From a virus (Duplodnaviria; Heunggongvirae; Uroviricota; Caudoviricetes), in IMG/VR virus record IMGVR_UViG_3300042484_003148, positions 67,284-131,283 of that record: a stretch of 64,000 bases of DNA. One strand, 5' to 3'. Numbering within the stretch: position 1 is the stretch's first letter; every line of letters begins with the position of its first letter. Of this stretch, positions 39,654 to 50,597 are shown piece by piece. The notes under the pieces were generated by a model. It was given only the letters and a program-made list of their open reading frames with translations, made no database searches and had not been told where the DNA came from. Position numbers and translations under genes: made by a program.

Positions 39654-42600
39654 TTAATATAAATCATTCCAAGTTGAACCATTCCAACCTTGATGTTTAT
39701 TAGTTGTAGTGTTATATATAATCATACCTGCATCACCTGACACCCAAGAAATAGCATCCCTTTCAGTAGTTGTCAATCTGTTAGGTAAAAAACCTTTACT
39801 AGTTGATTGTAATTCTAACTGTGCTCTTGCGTTAATTGTCGCAGTACCTAAAGCAAAACCTCCACTCCCAGCCCAATATTTTACTGTTGCATCTGCGGAA
39901 TATCTTTCGTTTTCAATACCTAAATTTCTTACTCTACCCCAAGAATCAAAAGTTAATCTCTGATATGTAGCTGTAAATAAAAGACTTTGAGCAGTACCAG
40001 TTATTTGCGCTCTTCCAGAATTTAAAACTAAATCAAAAGCTGCTGTATCTATAGATGGTTGTAGTATATTAATATTACTTACACTCCCATCAGTAGTTAC
40101 TGTTATTATTGCTGAGATATGATAATAAGGTGAATTTACTACATTATATATATCAACTTTTATTTTTTGGTCTGCATTAGATGTGGCATACTTAGCTATA
40201 CTTGTTGATATACTAGAGTTACCTCCGTTTGCAGGTGACGCTATTCTTCTACCATCCCACAACGCTAAAAACCCACCATCACCTCTATTGACCCAAAACT
40301 GTCCATCGTATGGTCTAAGTAATTGATTACCATCACCGTTTGCAAACATTAAGAAACCTCTATTGGTATCCGCTGTTACAAATCTACCTATCTGAACAGG
40401 TTGAACAGGATTGGTATTGCTAACTGTTACTGATGAACTAGCTAAATCTAAATAACTACCTAACGTCAACGGTGAACCATTTGAACGTTTATAACTTTGT
40501 AATACCCAATCAGCTCCTTCTTTTCTATACACAGCTGTATCTCCTGCTTGTGTCACTATTGACCCAAATGAACCGTTATCAATTCTGTTTGGTGCAACAC
40601 CTCCGCCAGAAGTAATAGTCAATGAACCTGAAAATCTTAACACCCTTACCGCACCATTTTGTACAGTAATACCTCCTGCGCCTCTTAATTCTGTTATGGT
40701 TGTTGTACCGTTAACTATGTTGTAAACTTGAGGTAAATTAAGAACACTAGTGCTACTAACTGTTGCTAAAGAATCATTTACAGGTAAGCTTGTATTTATA
40801 TCTGTAGTATTTTCTTCAATGTTAGTATTTACCAAACCACTTCCACTCCACTTAGTTAAACGGTTAGTACTCAATCCACTACCTGTTAACAAATTAACAA
40901 CACCACCATTTTGAACACCTTTGAAACTATTAGCTATAGTATCATACCAAACAAGACCATTTCTTGTTGTACCTAAATCACCTGCAATTAAGTTTAATCC
41001 CAGACCTTTAGATGTTGATTGAAGGTCTAGTTGGGTTAACGCATTAATTGTATTAGTTCCCAATGCTAACCCACCAGCACCTGCCCAATATTTTACTGTA
41101 CCATCGGGAGAATATCTTTCGTTTTTTTGAGGTATTATATAACTTGCACCAAAACCACCTGTTGTTTCTTTTACACAAATAAACTCAACCGTACCTCCTC
41201 CACTTCCACCAAATGCAAGTCTAGTATCTGTTATACTAACATTAAATATACTTGTATTTTGTGAATCTTTAGTAATATCCAAAGCAACAACAGCACCACT
41301 ACTATTTACAGTAAAATAACCTTCAACTACAAAAAACTGAGAAGAAGCAGCGGTCATTGCCTTGAACCTAACTTGACAAGAATGTATATTAGTATTATAT
41401 CTTAGTGTTGTATTACCTCCACCTTTACCACCATTTGCAGTCGCTCCAATTACAGCACCATCCCAATCTCTCATGAAAAAATTAGATGTTATTGATTGTT
41501 GCCACATCATACCATCCTCAAATTTCAAAAAACCAGCACCACCCCCTGCTTGAAAAACGCTTAAACCAAAACGATACCCGTTTATACTTAAATTTCTAAT
41601 CTCCCCTGTGTATAAGTTAGTCGGTAGTGTTGAAGTAGAGTTTGAAATACTACTTAGTCCCATACCAATAGCAGGTGACGAAGTAGCTAAAACAGAGAAT
41701 AAAGTATTTTGGTTTGTCAATATTTCATACCAACCTGGACCTTGACCATTTGTATAATGACTATAAATATATAACCTACCAAAATTTACCCCATTGTCTA
41801 TATATTTCAAATACCCAGACCATGCCGAGTTAGTTCCTGATGGCGCTCCAGATTGATTAAATGTAGGATAAGGTCTAGTAGCACCAACACCAGATGTATC
41901 ACCTACCGTTCCTGTAAGCTCAGTTATATAAGAGTTTTCGTAACTTGTGCCGTTCCATCTTGAAACAGTATTAGTTGTCAACCCTGTAGGTGTGTTAAAC
42001 TTACCATTCCATGTGCTAGCACTTGCAATGTAAGCATCCATAATAGGTGTTCCTGACCAAGAACCTGTTATTATAGAACCTACAGTATTAATTGTTGTTT
42101 GACCACTATAATTCGATGCTATATCAATAGTATAACCTGTTGTTATAGTTATTCTATTTGTGGTACCCGAATAAGCGATTAAATCACCTTCCATAAGGAA
42201 ATTTTTCCAAGAACCACCTCTATACCCCTCAAATTGTGTATTTAAGGTGTTATATGCAATAGAACCATTACTTGAAACTCTATCAGCGGTTGAAATATTA
42301 GGTATTAATAACCCTTTAGTTGAAATATTAGTATAACTACCTGAATTTGCATTCGTTAATGTAATAACAGGAGCATCCAAAACAAACGACCCAGCTGTAT
42401 TTAACGTAGAAGTACCTGTTGATTGTTGCAAATGAAAATAATTATTACCAGCATACATTTCAACCCTAGTTTGACCCGAAATATTAACTTGTGTATTGCT
42501 TAACTCAACCTTACTTCTAATAGCACCGGATATTCCATAATACAAACCGATACCTGTAGTACTGCTAACATTAAGATATAACTGAGGTACTGATTCAAAA

Positions 42601-43784
42601 ATACCAAATTTTACATCATTAGCTGTATTAGTTAACAAATCACCAGTTATTTTTCCTGAAGGTGTAGTACCTGTAATAGGGATATAACCATTTAAAGCGT
42701 TCCAAACACCATAACTAGTAATACCGTGTTCATAGTTACCATTACTAGGAGTGTCTGTCAATGAACTAGATACTATTTCCCATGCATCAAACTTACCTTT
42801 TCTCAAAAGTAACCATTCACCGTTTTGTAATATAAAAGAATTAACACTTACACTATAAGTTGAAGGATTAGCTAAATTTTTAATATAAACTAGTCCACCA
42901 TAAATATTACTTGATGGCAATGTTACAAAACAATTATCAGCAACTAAATCGGTGTCAACATAAACTGAATCACCATAACTAGCTGTATAATATGGTGTCC
43001 CTGACAATGTAACTATATTAGGACAAATTTTTGTCATCGTATCAACGGTCCATGACCTATCAGCAGTTAAATCATAAGATTCACCGTTTATTGTTAAAGT
43101 TCTAGCTTCAGTAACAGGAGTATAACCTAAAGACTGGGCAACAGAACCATTAAACCATAAATCAACATTATTATCATACATTAATATTGAATTATTTGGT
43201 ATTGGCTGAAACATATATACATCAGTCAAACCTGACAAATAAGTTACAACATTAATACTATTACCACTAATACCTAAAACTCTACCTTTATTATCAACTG
43301 TGATACTTGGAATAATGGTACTAGACCCATACGTTCCACCACTTACACCTGTATTAGATAAAGATAATTCTATATTAGCACCTAAAATACCACTAGGATT
43401 AAACAGAGTAAAATCAGATGAACCACTTAAACTAACAGTTGTTACATCAGTACCGTAATTAACCATAATACCATCAGTGGTAAGATTATTTATTGATTGC
43501 AAACGTGGACCAACTGTTGTACTACTACCTGTAAAAGATATAATTAAATTTTCACCATCATAACCAGTAGCTATACCTGTATTACCTATAACCTTACCAG
43601 ATTTATAACTTTGTGTAAAACCATCAAATAATAAAGTTGAACCTAAAAATGGACTCCTAGGGTCAATCTCAAAACCACCTATTCTTAAAGTTTCACCTAT
43701 ATTTACAGAACCTTGCCAATCAGCTGTCTGACCAGTAGGTATTCGTGATTGTTGTGATAAATCTAATTTAGTTTGAAAACTCAT
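39654..43784 (-). CDS. long tail fibre / receptor-binding protein with duplicated C-terminal modules
   Basis: 1376 aa; two NERYS.D.TVKYWAG.GG.ALGT..INA..QL.LQSTSKG units; ends STSKGFLPNRLTTTERDAI...IYNTTTNK..GWNG. Confidence 0.8.
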   Translation of the reverse strand: MSFQTKLDLSQQSRIPTGQTADWQGSVNIGETLRIGGFEIDPRSPFLGSTLLFDGFTQSYKSGKVIGNTGIATGYDGENLIISFTGSSTTVGPRLQSINNLTTDGIMVNYGTDVTTVSLSGSSDFTLFNPSGILGANIELSLSNTGVSGGTYGSSTIIPSITVDNKGRVLGISGNSINVVTYLSGLTDVYMFQPIPNNSILMYDNNVDLWFNGSVAQSLGYTPVTEARTLTINGESYDLTADRSWTVDTMTKICPNIVTLSGTPYYTASYGDSVYVDTDLVADNCFVTLPSSNIYGGLVYIKNLANPSTYSVSVNSFILQNGEWLLLRKGKFDAWEIVSSSLTDTPSNGNYEHGITSYGVWNALNGYIPITGTTPSGKITGDLLTNTANDVKFGIFESVPQLYLNVSSTTGIGLYYGISGAIRSKVELSNTQVNISGQTRVEMYAGNNYFHLQQSTGTSTLNTAGSFVLDAPVITLTNANSGSYTNISTKGLLIPNISTADRVSSNGSIAYNTLNTQFEGYRGGSWKNFLMEGDLIAYSGTTNRITITTGYTIDIASNYSGQTTINTVGSIITGSWSGTPIMDAYIASASTWNGKFNTPTGLTTNTVSRWNGTSYENSYITELTGTVGDTSGVGATRPYPTFNQSGAPSGTNSAWSGYLKYIDNGVNFGRLYIYSHYTNGQGPGWYEILTNQNTLFSVLATSSPAIGMGLSSISNSTSTLPTNLYTGEIRNLSINGYRFGLSVFQAGGGAGFLKFEDGMMWQQSITSNFFMRDWDGAVIGATANGGKGGGNTTLRYNTNIHSCQVRFKAMTAASSQFFVVEGYFTVNSSGAVVALDITKDSQNTSIFNVSITDTRLAFGGSGGGTVEFICVKETTGGFGASYIIPQKNERYSPDGTVKYWAGAGGLALGTNTINALTQLDLQSTSKGLGLNLIAGDLGTTRNGLVWYDTIANSFKGVQNGGVVNLLTGSGLSTNRLTKWSGSGLVNTNIEENTTDINTSLPVNDSLATVSSTSVLNLPQVYNIVNGTTTITELRGAGGITVQNGAVRVLRFSGSLTITSGGGVAPNRIDNGSFGSIVTQAGDTAVYRKEGADWVLQSYKRSNGSPLTLGSYLDLASSSVTVSNTNPVQPVQIGRFVTADTNRGFLMFANGDGNQLLRPYDGQFWVNRGDGGFLALWDGRRIASPANGGNSSISTSIAKYATSNADQKIKVDIYNVVNSPYYHISAIITVTTDGSVSNINILQPSIDTAAFDLVLNSGRAQITGTAQSLLFTATYQRLTFDSWGRVRNLGIENERYSADATVKYWAGSGGFALGTATINARAQLELQSTSKGFLPNRLTTTERDAISWVSGDAGMIIYNTTTNKHQGWNGSTWNDLY

Positions 43785-43803
43785 TATATAAAATTTATTT
43801 TTT

Positions 43804-43849
43804 ATAAATAGTTTCAGATAAAAACTAATATTTATTAAAACTATTTATA
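43804..43849. promoter_or_regulatory. divergent pair of candidate late promoters ACTATTTAT (representative)
   Basis: Sense-strand (A)CTATTTA lies 15-60 nt upstream of about 17 structural or nuclease starts. Confidence 0.65.
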
Positions 43850-43861
43850 TATAAAAATATT

Positions 43862-45250
43862 ATGGATTTAATAAGAACCTACCTAGATAAAGAATCAACT
43901 TTAATATACAACAACAAAACAAACAACTCAAAAAATACTGTTTGGGAATTGGTACGTGGTTACAATCAAACAACTGGACAACCGTTTTATTCAAGACATA
44001 TCTTCTCAATTGATTTATCTGATTTAAGAACTAAGGTTAATACTTATGGTTTTAATTCAACACAACTAAATAAACATATTGTTAATTTTATTTCTACTAT
44101 TAGATACAGAGAAGACCTAATTGGTGGTACAAATTTTGATGGTTTCGTAAGAGATTCTAATTATGAATTATCTATATATCCTATAACTGAAAACTTTACA
44201 GATGGTGTTGGTTTTGACTACAATTATGTTGATAGTGGCTCAGAAGCTCAAAATATTAATGTACCTAACTGGTTTTATAAAGATAAAGTTAATACTTGGA
44301 ATGAAAATGGTACATTTACAGGAACAACAATACCTACCGGTTTAACAAACAACACACAATTATTTGAACAAGGTAACGAAAATATAAAATTTGATATTAC
44401 AAGTTATATTAATAATATATTATTTACAACAACAGGTAATACAGCAAGTTTTGGTATATGTTATTCACCAGCTTACGAACAAATATTAACAGGTGATACT
44501 AATTATATTACTAGTTTCTTTAGCCAACATTGTCAATCATTCTTTGAACCTTATTTAGAAACTAATATTAATTCTTATTTTGAAGATAATAGAAATTTAT
44601 TTTACTTAGATAAAAATAACACATTATGTTTATATACTAAACAACCAATAACTTCTGTTAATAGTGTTGAAATTTATGATAATAACGATGTGTTAATAAA
44701 TACATTGACTGGTAATAGTATTACACAAGTTAACCCTACAACTTATTCAATTAATTTAAATATACCTTCATCAGGTTATACAGATTTAATTATGTTTACT
44801 GATGTTTGGAACATTACATATAACGGCACCATTAAAGATATTACTAATCAATTTACTTTAGAAAGCGAAGACATCACTTTAGCAAACGATGATTATGATA
44901 ATAGTAGATTTAACTTTAATTTTATTGGTATTAAACAAGAGGAAATAATAAAACAAAATTCCGGTGTTAGAAAAATACAGGTACAAACAAAAAGGTTATA
45001 TGGTAATGAAGTTGTTAGTGAATATAATATCAGTAATTTAAAATATCGTTTATACACCATTCAAGGTGTAAATGAAATTGAGATAATTCCCTATACTTTA
45101 ATTTCAAAATCGATTAATGGTTTATTCTTTGAAATAGACATTGATTCATTGATACCACAGGTTTATTTTATTGATGTAATTGTTGAACGAAATGGATTAA
45201 CTTACGGAAACAACAAACACCTTAAGTTTTATGTAAAAAATATGTTATAA
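43862..45250 (+). CDS. probable virion structural protein
   Basis: 462 aa, beta-rich; late motif at 43840. Confidence 0.5.
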   Translation: MDLIRTYLDKESTLIYNNKTNNSKNTVWELVRGYNQTTGQPFYSRHIFSIDLSDLRTKVNTYGFNSTQLNKHIVNFISTIRYREDLIGGTNFDGFVRDSNYELSIYPITENFTDGVGFDYNYVDSGSEAQNINVPNWFYKDKVNTWNENGTFTGTTIPTGLTNNTQLFEQGNENIKFDITSYINNILFTTTGNTASFGICYSPAYEQILTGDTNYITSFFSQHCQSFFEPYLETNINSYFEDNRNLFYLDKNNTLCLYTKQPITSVNSVEIYDNNDVLINTLTGNSITQVNPTTYSINLNIPSSGYTDLIMFTDVWNITYNGTIKDITNQFTLESEDITLANDDYDNSRFNFNFIGIKQEEIIKQNSGVRKIQVQTKRLYGNEVVSEYNISNLKYRLYTIQGVNEIEIIPYTLISKSINGLFFEIDIDSLIPQVYFIDVIVERNGLTYGNNKHLKFYVKNML

Positions 45251-45319
45251 ATAAATATTTCATATCGGAATTTGGAATAAAACCTCTACTTATTTGATTA
45301 GGTAGAGGTTTTCGTTTTG

Positions 45320-45950
45320 TTATCTAACACTTTTCTTATATATACTCTTAACTATTTCACCTGTATCTTCATCCTGATAATCTTCAATTTCATAACCAGG
45401 TTGAACCTCACCCATTGGTGATAACTTCTGTTTCATTTCACTGATTTGTTTTTGTAATTTTTGTAATTCTGTATTTTCACTATGCATAATATCCAAAGTC
45501 TTACCAGCACTATTAACAATGTCTTCAAATAAATTATAAGGTGTATTTAATTTTATTATTTTAACTGGTGTATTACCTTCACCTTCTGAACTTACTTCTA
45601 CAATATTAGCATTATTATCTAATATTAAATAAAAATATCTAGCATCCCAACCCCTTAAATCCTCTTTAGGTATATTTAAGTTTAATGTTTTAACTAAAAA
45701 TTCAGGTACACCTAACATTAACCAATCTTTTGATGCCTCAACAAGAGTTTCTTTAATATAACTTTCATTTTTACGTAAAAAATTTTTAATGTAATTGTTA
45801 CTTGATTCTTTTATTAACTTATTATTCGGATTTAACCTTTGTGAACCCATCTCTTCCTTAATAATTTTTTTAATAACACTTCTAAGTGATTCTACTAGGT
45901 GTTTATTTACACCCCCCCCCATTATTTGAGGTATTTTTTGAATTTGTCAT
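45320..45950 (-). CDS. hypothetical late protein with 5' G9 tract
   Basis: ATG 45950 is out of frame with the body unless the G run is 8 or 11; the alternative ATG 45922 is in frame. Confidence 0.5.
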
Positions 45951-46106
45951 AATTTAATTAAGTTTTATTTTAAATAGTTATAAATTAATTATGTAATTAT
46001 AAGTAATTAAAGTAATTTTTTTTGTTTTTAACAAAATATTTTTTACATAATTATTTGGTAATTAATTTTTTATTATTACATTTGTGTAGGTTTTAAATTT
46101 AAACGC

Positions 46107-46583
46107 ATGATAAATACAAATGTTTTAAATAATGTATTAGAAATTATACAAAATGCTGTGTATTTTCAAGTTCAAAGAGTAGATTTACCTGAAGTTTTCG
46201 ACTTATTTCTTGAAGAGAACTTTGAATACATTGGTAATGATAATATTGACTTGTTTATGCAAGCTAAAGAAGTTTACTGGTTATATGCTTCTTTTAAGAA
46301 AGAAGATTTTCACAAACAAGTAAGTGAAAGTTTTGGTAACAAGTTCATTAAAAAGAATAATGTTATTCTAATAAAAGTTTTAGATGACAAAAACTCAAAA
46401 ATTCTTTTTTTACAATATGAAATTGATAGTGTTAGTAACACAAAACATAAACGTAAAACTCTTCAAGAATTAAATCTTGATTTAGAAGAGGCAGTTAAAA
46501 AAGAAAACTTTGAATTAGCTCAAAAAATTAAAAATAAAATTGAGTTAAAGGAAAAAGTAACCCAAACTAGATTCGACCAATAG
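46107..46583 (+). CDS. UVR (UvrB/UvrC) motif protein
   Basis: C-terminal LQELNLDLEEAVKKENFELAQKIKNKI. Confidence 0.7.
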   Translation: MINTNVLNNVLEIIQNAVYFQVQRVDLPEVFDLFLEENFEYIGNDNIDLFMQAKEVYWLYASFKKEDFHKQVSESFGNKFIKKNNVILIKVLDDKNSKILFLQYEIDSVSNTKHKRKTLQELNLDLEEAVKKENFELAQKIKNKIELKEKVTQTRFDQ

Positions 46584-46615
46584 AATCAACCCAGATTTAA
46601 TTAACTTAATAATAA

Positions 46616-48460
46616 ATGAGAGAAGTATTGAGAAGATACGATAGTGCATTAAATATTATAAAACATGCATTAGAAAATAATTGTTCACTTGATGTTGCAA
46701 CGATATATTTTGGTTATACTAAAGGTTATATTAAAGATTATATAACAAGAGGTGACATTAAAGGTAATTTAGCAAAAGGTAAAATTACACAAAACGAATA
46801 TGATACCATTATGTTATTGTTCGATAAATATAATAACAAAAAAGGTTTTAAAAATATTGACGTAATAAATATTACTTCAAAAGTTCAAGGTTTGATTTCT
46901 AAACTTGATGCTCACATTAGTTTAAATGAACAAAGTGATGATGAAAAATCTTTAGATACAATCTATAATGATATTTTAACAAAGACTAAAAAAGGTTTAA
47001 CCAATTTAGAAGTTAAAGATTTAACTGTTTTAACTGGTTTATATAATACTTATAAAAATAAATTTTCTACTGTAAAAGGTACAACACCTAGTAACAGTTA
47101 TAAAATAACAAAAGAAACTGATTTATCATTAGAAGAAAAATATGATAAAAGAAGTACTAATAATGTTGTTAGAGATGAAAATGGTAAAATAGTTAAATAT
47201 ACATTTAAAATTCTTGTTAGAGATGAACCTGACTTTATTGGTGAATTATCTAGAGAACAAATGGAAACCATTTATGCTAACTATCCTTATGTTAACCAAA
47301 GAACAGTTTCTAATTATTTTTCTTATTTAACCTTTCCTCAATTTAAAAAAATTGTTCGTTGTTTTAACATAACAAAAGACATGTTATTTCCACAACACAT
47401 TTTAGAGGAAAAAACAGATGAGGAAGCTGCTAAATTAGCATTAAAACACAAAGAACTTTCAGCTTACAAAAAATTCCAAGAGTTAAAGCCTGTTTTCCTT
47501 GAAAAAGAATTACATGATGTTAAACAAGAATTGTTTAAATTAAAAAAACAAAAAGAAGGTTTTGATATTTTTCTTAAAGAGTATATCAGTGAACATGTTG
47601 AACAATTAACACCTATTATCAAAAACAATAACAATGTGTTTAAATCAGAGTTAAATGACAAAGCTTTAGTTATTTATTTATCTGACATGCACATCGGTGC
47701 TGAAAATAAAGAAGTTCAATACTCTGGTGAATATAACAAAGATGTTTACCAAGAAAGACTTAACACCATTATTAATAATGTCAAAGAAGAATTATCTATT
47801 CACAAATTTGAAAAGATATTTATTGTCGGTTTAGGTGACCAAATTGATGGTTTTAATGCAGAAACAACACGAGGTGGACATGCATTACCACAAAACTTAA
47901 CCAATAAAGAACAATTTAATACTTATTTAAACAGTATGATTGGTTTTGTTGAAGAATTAACTAATATTTTTGATGGTAGTATTGAATTTATTCATGTTTT
48001 AGAAAGTAATCACGGTGGTGATTTTGAATATGGTGCAAATAAAGCTTTAGAACATATTTTACCTTTAAAATTTCCTTCACAAGCTAAAGCTAGAGTGTTA
48101 GGTAAAAATATTGACCATTTTAATTACGGTGTTCATACACTTATTTGTACACATGGCAAGGATAATCATACTATGAGTCGCAACATGCCAATGCATCTCA
48201 ATCCAAACACTATTACTAATATCAATGAATATATTGATTTTAACAAAATCAAATCTGACAATGTTTTATTTGTAAAAGGTGACCTCCATAACCACACAAG
48301 TGAAACCAACAAAAGATTTAAGTACATAAACGTACCTAGTATCTATGGTGGTTCCGGTTACACAGACGCTAATTTTGGTAGAACAAAACCAGCAACATTG
48401 TTTCATATTTTACATAAGAATAAACCTAAAGTTAATGAAATTTATATTGAGTTAGCTTAA
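46616..48460 (+). CDS. calcineurin-like metallophosphoesterase with long N-terminal extension
   Basis: SDMHIG, LGDQIDG, SNHG, THG and GDLH motifs. Confidence 0.85.
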   Translation: MREVLRRYDSALNIIKHALENNCSLDVATIYFGYTKGYIKDYITRGDIKGNLAKGKITQNEYDTIMLLFDKYNNKKGFKNIDVINITSKVQGLISKLDAHISLNEQSDDEKSLDTIYNDILTKTKKGLTNLEVKDLTVLTGLYNTYKNKFSTVKGTTPSNSYKITKETDLSLEEKYDKRSTNNVVRDENGKIVKYTFKILVRDEPDFIGELSREQMETIYANYPYVNQRTVSNYFSYLTFPQFKKIVRCFNITKDMLFPQHILEEKTDEEAAKLALKHKELSAYKKFQELKPVFLEKELHDVKQELFKLKKQKEGFDIFLKEYISEHVEQLTPIIKNNNNVFKSELNDKALVIYLSDMHIGAENKEVQYSGEYNKDVYQERLNTIINNVKEELSIHKFEKIFIVGLGDQIDGFNAETTRGGHALPQNLTNKEQFNTYLNSMIGFVEELTNIFDGSIEFIHVLESNHGGDFEYGANKALEHILPLKFPSQAKARVLGKNIDHFNYGVHTLICTHGKDNHTMSRNMPMHLNPNTITNINEYIDFNKIKSDNVLFVKGDLHNHTSETNKRFKYINVPSIYGGSGYTDANFGRTKPATLFHILHKNKPKVNEIYIELA

Positions 48461-48504
48461 AAAACAATAAACCTCCAGTTATTAAATCAACTGGAGGTTT
48501 TATT

Positions 48505-49620
48505 TTATCCTCTTATTAAAAATCCTGACACAGGCATGTATTTTATAACTTCTTGCAAACTATTAGCAATATCTGCCCTCACTTTCATCATGTTAACATA
48601 AGATAAACGTTCAAGATAAACCTTTAAATCGTCATATATTTTATCCTTTTCATTAGTGTATTGTTCAATTAACATTTTATAATCCATTGTTATTTCTTTT
48701 CCATCTCTACCTTTTACAACACCAGAATACTTCCCTCTACCTAGTGCCATAACATTTTTAGCTTCACATAATAATAATCTTCTAATCCTAGCTTTAGCAC
48801 TTTCATTCAATCTACTATATTCAGGCGTATCAACTAACACATCAAATGGTGAAACAATAACATCCTTATTAGCATCAACACAAGCATCAGCATCATCCAT
48901 CTCAGAAGTATCATAATACCAATAAAACACCAAACTACCATCTAAATGCTTACCATGTCTACCTGAAATTTCATCTCTCGAACCTGGAACTGGATATAAA
49001 TGTAAAACTCTAGTACCGTTTGGTCCAGCTGTAATTTTATATGTTAAATCTGACTGCCAAATTTGTTTTTGTGTTTTCAAAGTTTGTTGATACAATAAAG
49101 CATAATAACTTGGTAACACGGCATTCATGGGTGAACCCATAAAATTAAAACCTGAAGCTGTTGCTGCTAAACCGTCAACACTCAAACTATCATAAATTGG
49201 CGCACTACCCATACTTGGTGGTGTTGACCACAAAACATCAATTACTTCTCTACCTTTAGGTATTGTATAATATTGTGTATCACCAGTAATAACAACATAA
49301 TCTTTTTTTAATTCCCAAGTTCCAGTTGTTGAAATTCCTGTTTGACGACTATAACTAGCAGCAAAGGCTCTCTCAAAATCCAATGTTTTTGTTGTTAATG
49401 AATAAACTAAATCTGATTGATTTATTGACTTATTTTGTAAAGTACTAAAATTTTGCTCAACAACCCATTCATTTATTTTACCACAATACTCTTCAACAGA
49501 AACTTTCAACAAAACATCCAATTCTTCATCAGTTATTTCAACACCCCTACCAGCAGCACCGCACATAATACGTACTTCATGGAATAACTTATCTTTTTGT
49601 GATTTACTTATTGCTGACAT
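48505..49620 (-). CDS. neck protein, T4 gp13-like
   Basis: VEITDEELDVLLKVSVEEY N-terminus; ALGRGKYSG...MDYKMLIEQ C-terminus. Confidence 0.75.
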   Translation of the reverse strand: MSAISKSQKDKLFHEVRIMCGAAGRGVEITDEELDVLLKVSVEEYCGKINEWVVEQNFSTLQNKSINQSDLVYSLTTKTLDFERAFAASYSRQTGISTTGTWELKKDYVVITGDTQYYTIPKGREVIDVLWSTPPSMGSAPIYDSLSVDGLAATASGFNFMGSPMNAVLPSYYALLYQQTLKTQKQIWQSDLTYKITAGPNGTRVLHLYPVPGSRDEISGRHGKHLDGSLVFYWYYDTSEMDDADACVDANKDVIVSPFDVLVDTPEYSRLNESAKARIRRLLLCEAKNVMALGRGKYSGVVKGRDGKEITMDYKMLIEQYTNEKDKIYDDLKVYLERLSYVNMMKVRADIANSLQEVIKYMPVSGFLIRG

Positions 49621-49621
49621 A

Positions 49622-49975
49622 TTATATTAAATTTAAACTTTTAAAGTTTACTAAAATATTTTTAATTGTTGATAAGTTCTTATTAAAAATAAAATCATAA
49701 TTATTTAATACATCTGTTATTAAACTATGTAATTTAATAACTTTTCTATACTCATCAGTATTTCTATCTGTAGAATCTAAAATAAATTTCTTTAAAATAT
49801 CAGAAATTTTAACTAAAAAATTATATGTATCTTCTGAACTATCTAATATTTTATCAAAATTACCACTATGTGTAATATCTTTCAATTCCCACCCTAATTT
49901 ATTTTGAGTTAACATAGTCTTATCCAACTCCTCATTAATAAGTTTCTTTAATATAATATCTATTTTATTTTCCAT
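49622..49975 (-). CDS. hypothetical late protein
   Basis: IILKKLINEEL motif; late motif at 49992. Confidence 0.5.
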   Translation of the reverse strand: MENKIDIILKKLINEELDKTMLTQNKLGWELKDITHSGNFDKILDSSEDTYNFLVKISDILKKFILDSTDRNTDEYRKVIKLHSLITDVLNNYDFIFNKNLSTIKNILVNFKSLNLI

Positions 49976-50030
49976 CCTATTTGTTTTATTGTAAATAGTT
50001 TAAGTTACTATTTAAGAATAAATTGTTATC

Positions 50031-50546
50031 ATGCAAAAACCAAACAAAAAACCATCAACACCTTTTAAATATTATACTGAAAAAGATTTTAACTATGACT
50101 TGATGTTTTCAAGAGAATTTAGTGATAGTGACGCTATAGCTATAGTTAGATTATACAGAGTTGATGTTGTTAAATCAAATGTTCATAGAGTTTATGGTGA
50201 AGCCAAACCAAGTCAAAAACGTTTTTTAACCCCAATTGAAATGAATGTTACAATAACAATCGGTGATTTAGAACATAATGATATCGGTGGTTCTGGACCT
50301 AATAGACAAAACCCAAGTTCAGTTGAGTTAGGCATCTACAAAGAAGAAATGGAAGAAAAAAATGTAAATATAAACAAAGGTGATTTCTTTGCTTATTATG
50401 ATGGTGAAAGAGAAAGATTTTATGAAATTATAACAGTTAGCAATATCGCTTCAAATAATAGTACAATTGGTTATAAACCGTTTTTCATGACATTCACAGC
50501 GGTACATGTACTTAGGGACGCTATTGAAGAATATTTTAATAATTAA
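50031..50546 (+). CDS. neck/head-closure protein, T4 gp14-like
   Basis: LYRVD...VYGEA...F.TPIEM...GDFF.Y...FYEI. Confidence 0.6.
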   Translation: MQKPNKKPSTPFKYYTEKDFNYDLMFSREFSDSDAIAIVRLYRVDVVKSNVHRVYGEAKPSQKRFLTPIEMNVTITIGDLEHNDIGGSGPNRQNPSSVELGIYKEEMEEKNVNINKGDFFAYYDGERERFYEIITVSNIASNNSTIGYKPFFMTFTAVHVLRDAIEEYFNN

Positions 50547-50597
50547 AATTTGGTTTTGTGAAATTAAATTTGTAGGTTTGTTAAAATAAAAAAATAA

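Noticed and set aside
39790-41130. Diversity-generating retroelement TR/VR pair in the tail fibre
   Set aside because: Differences are not adenine-specific, both copies are in frame within one gene, and no reverse transcriptase is in the window.
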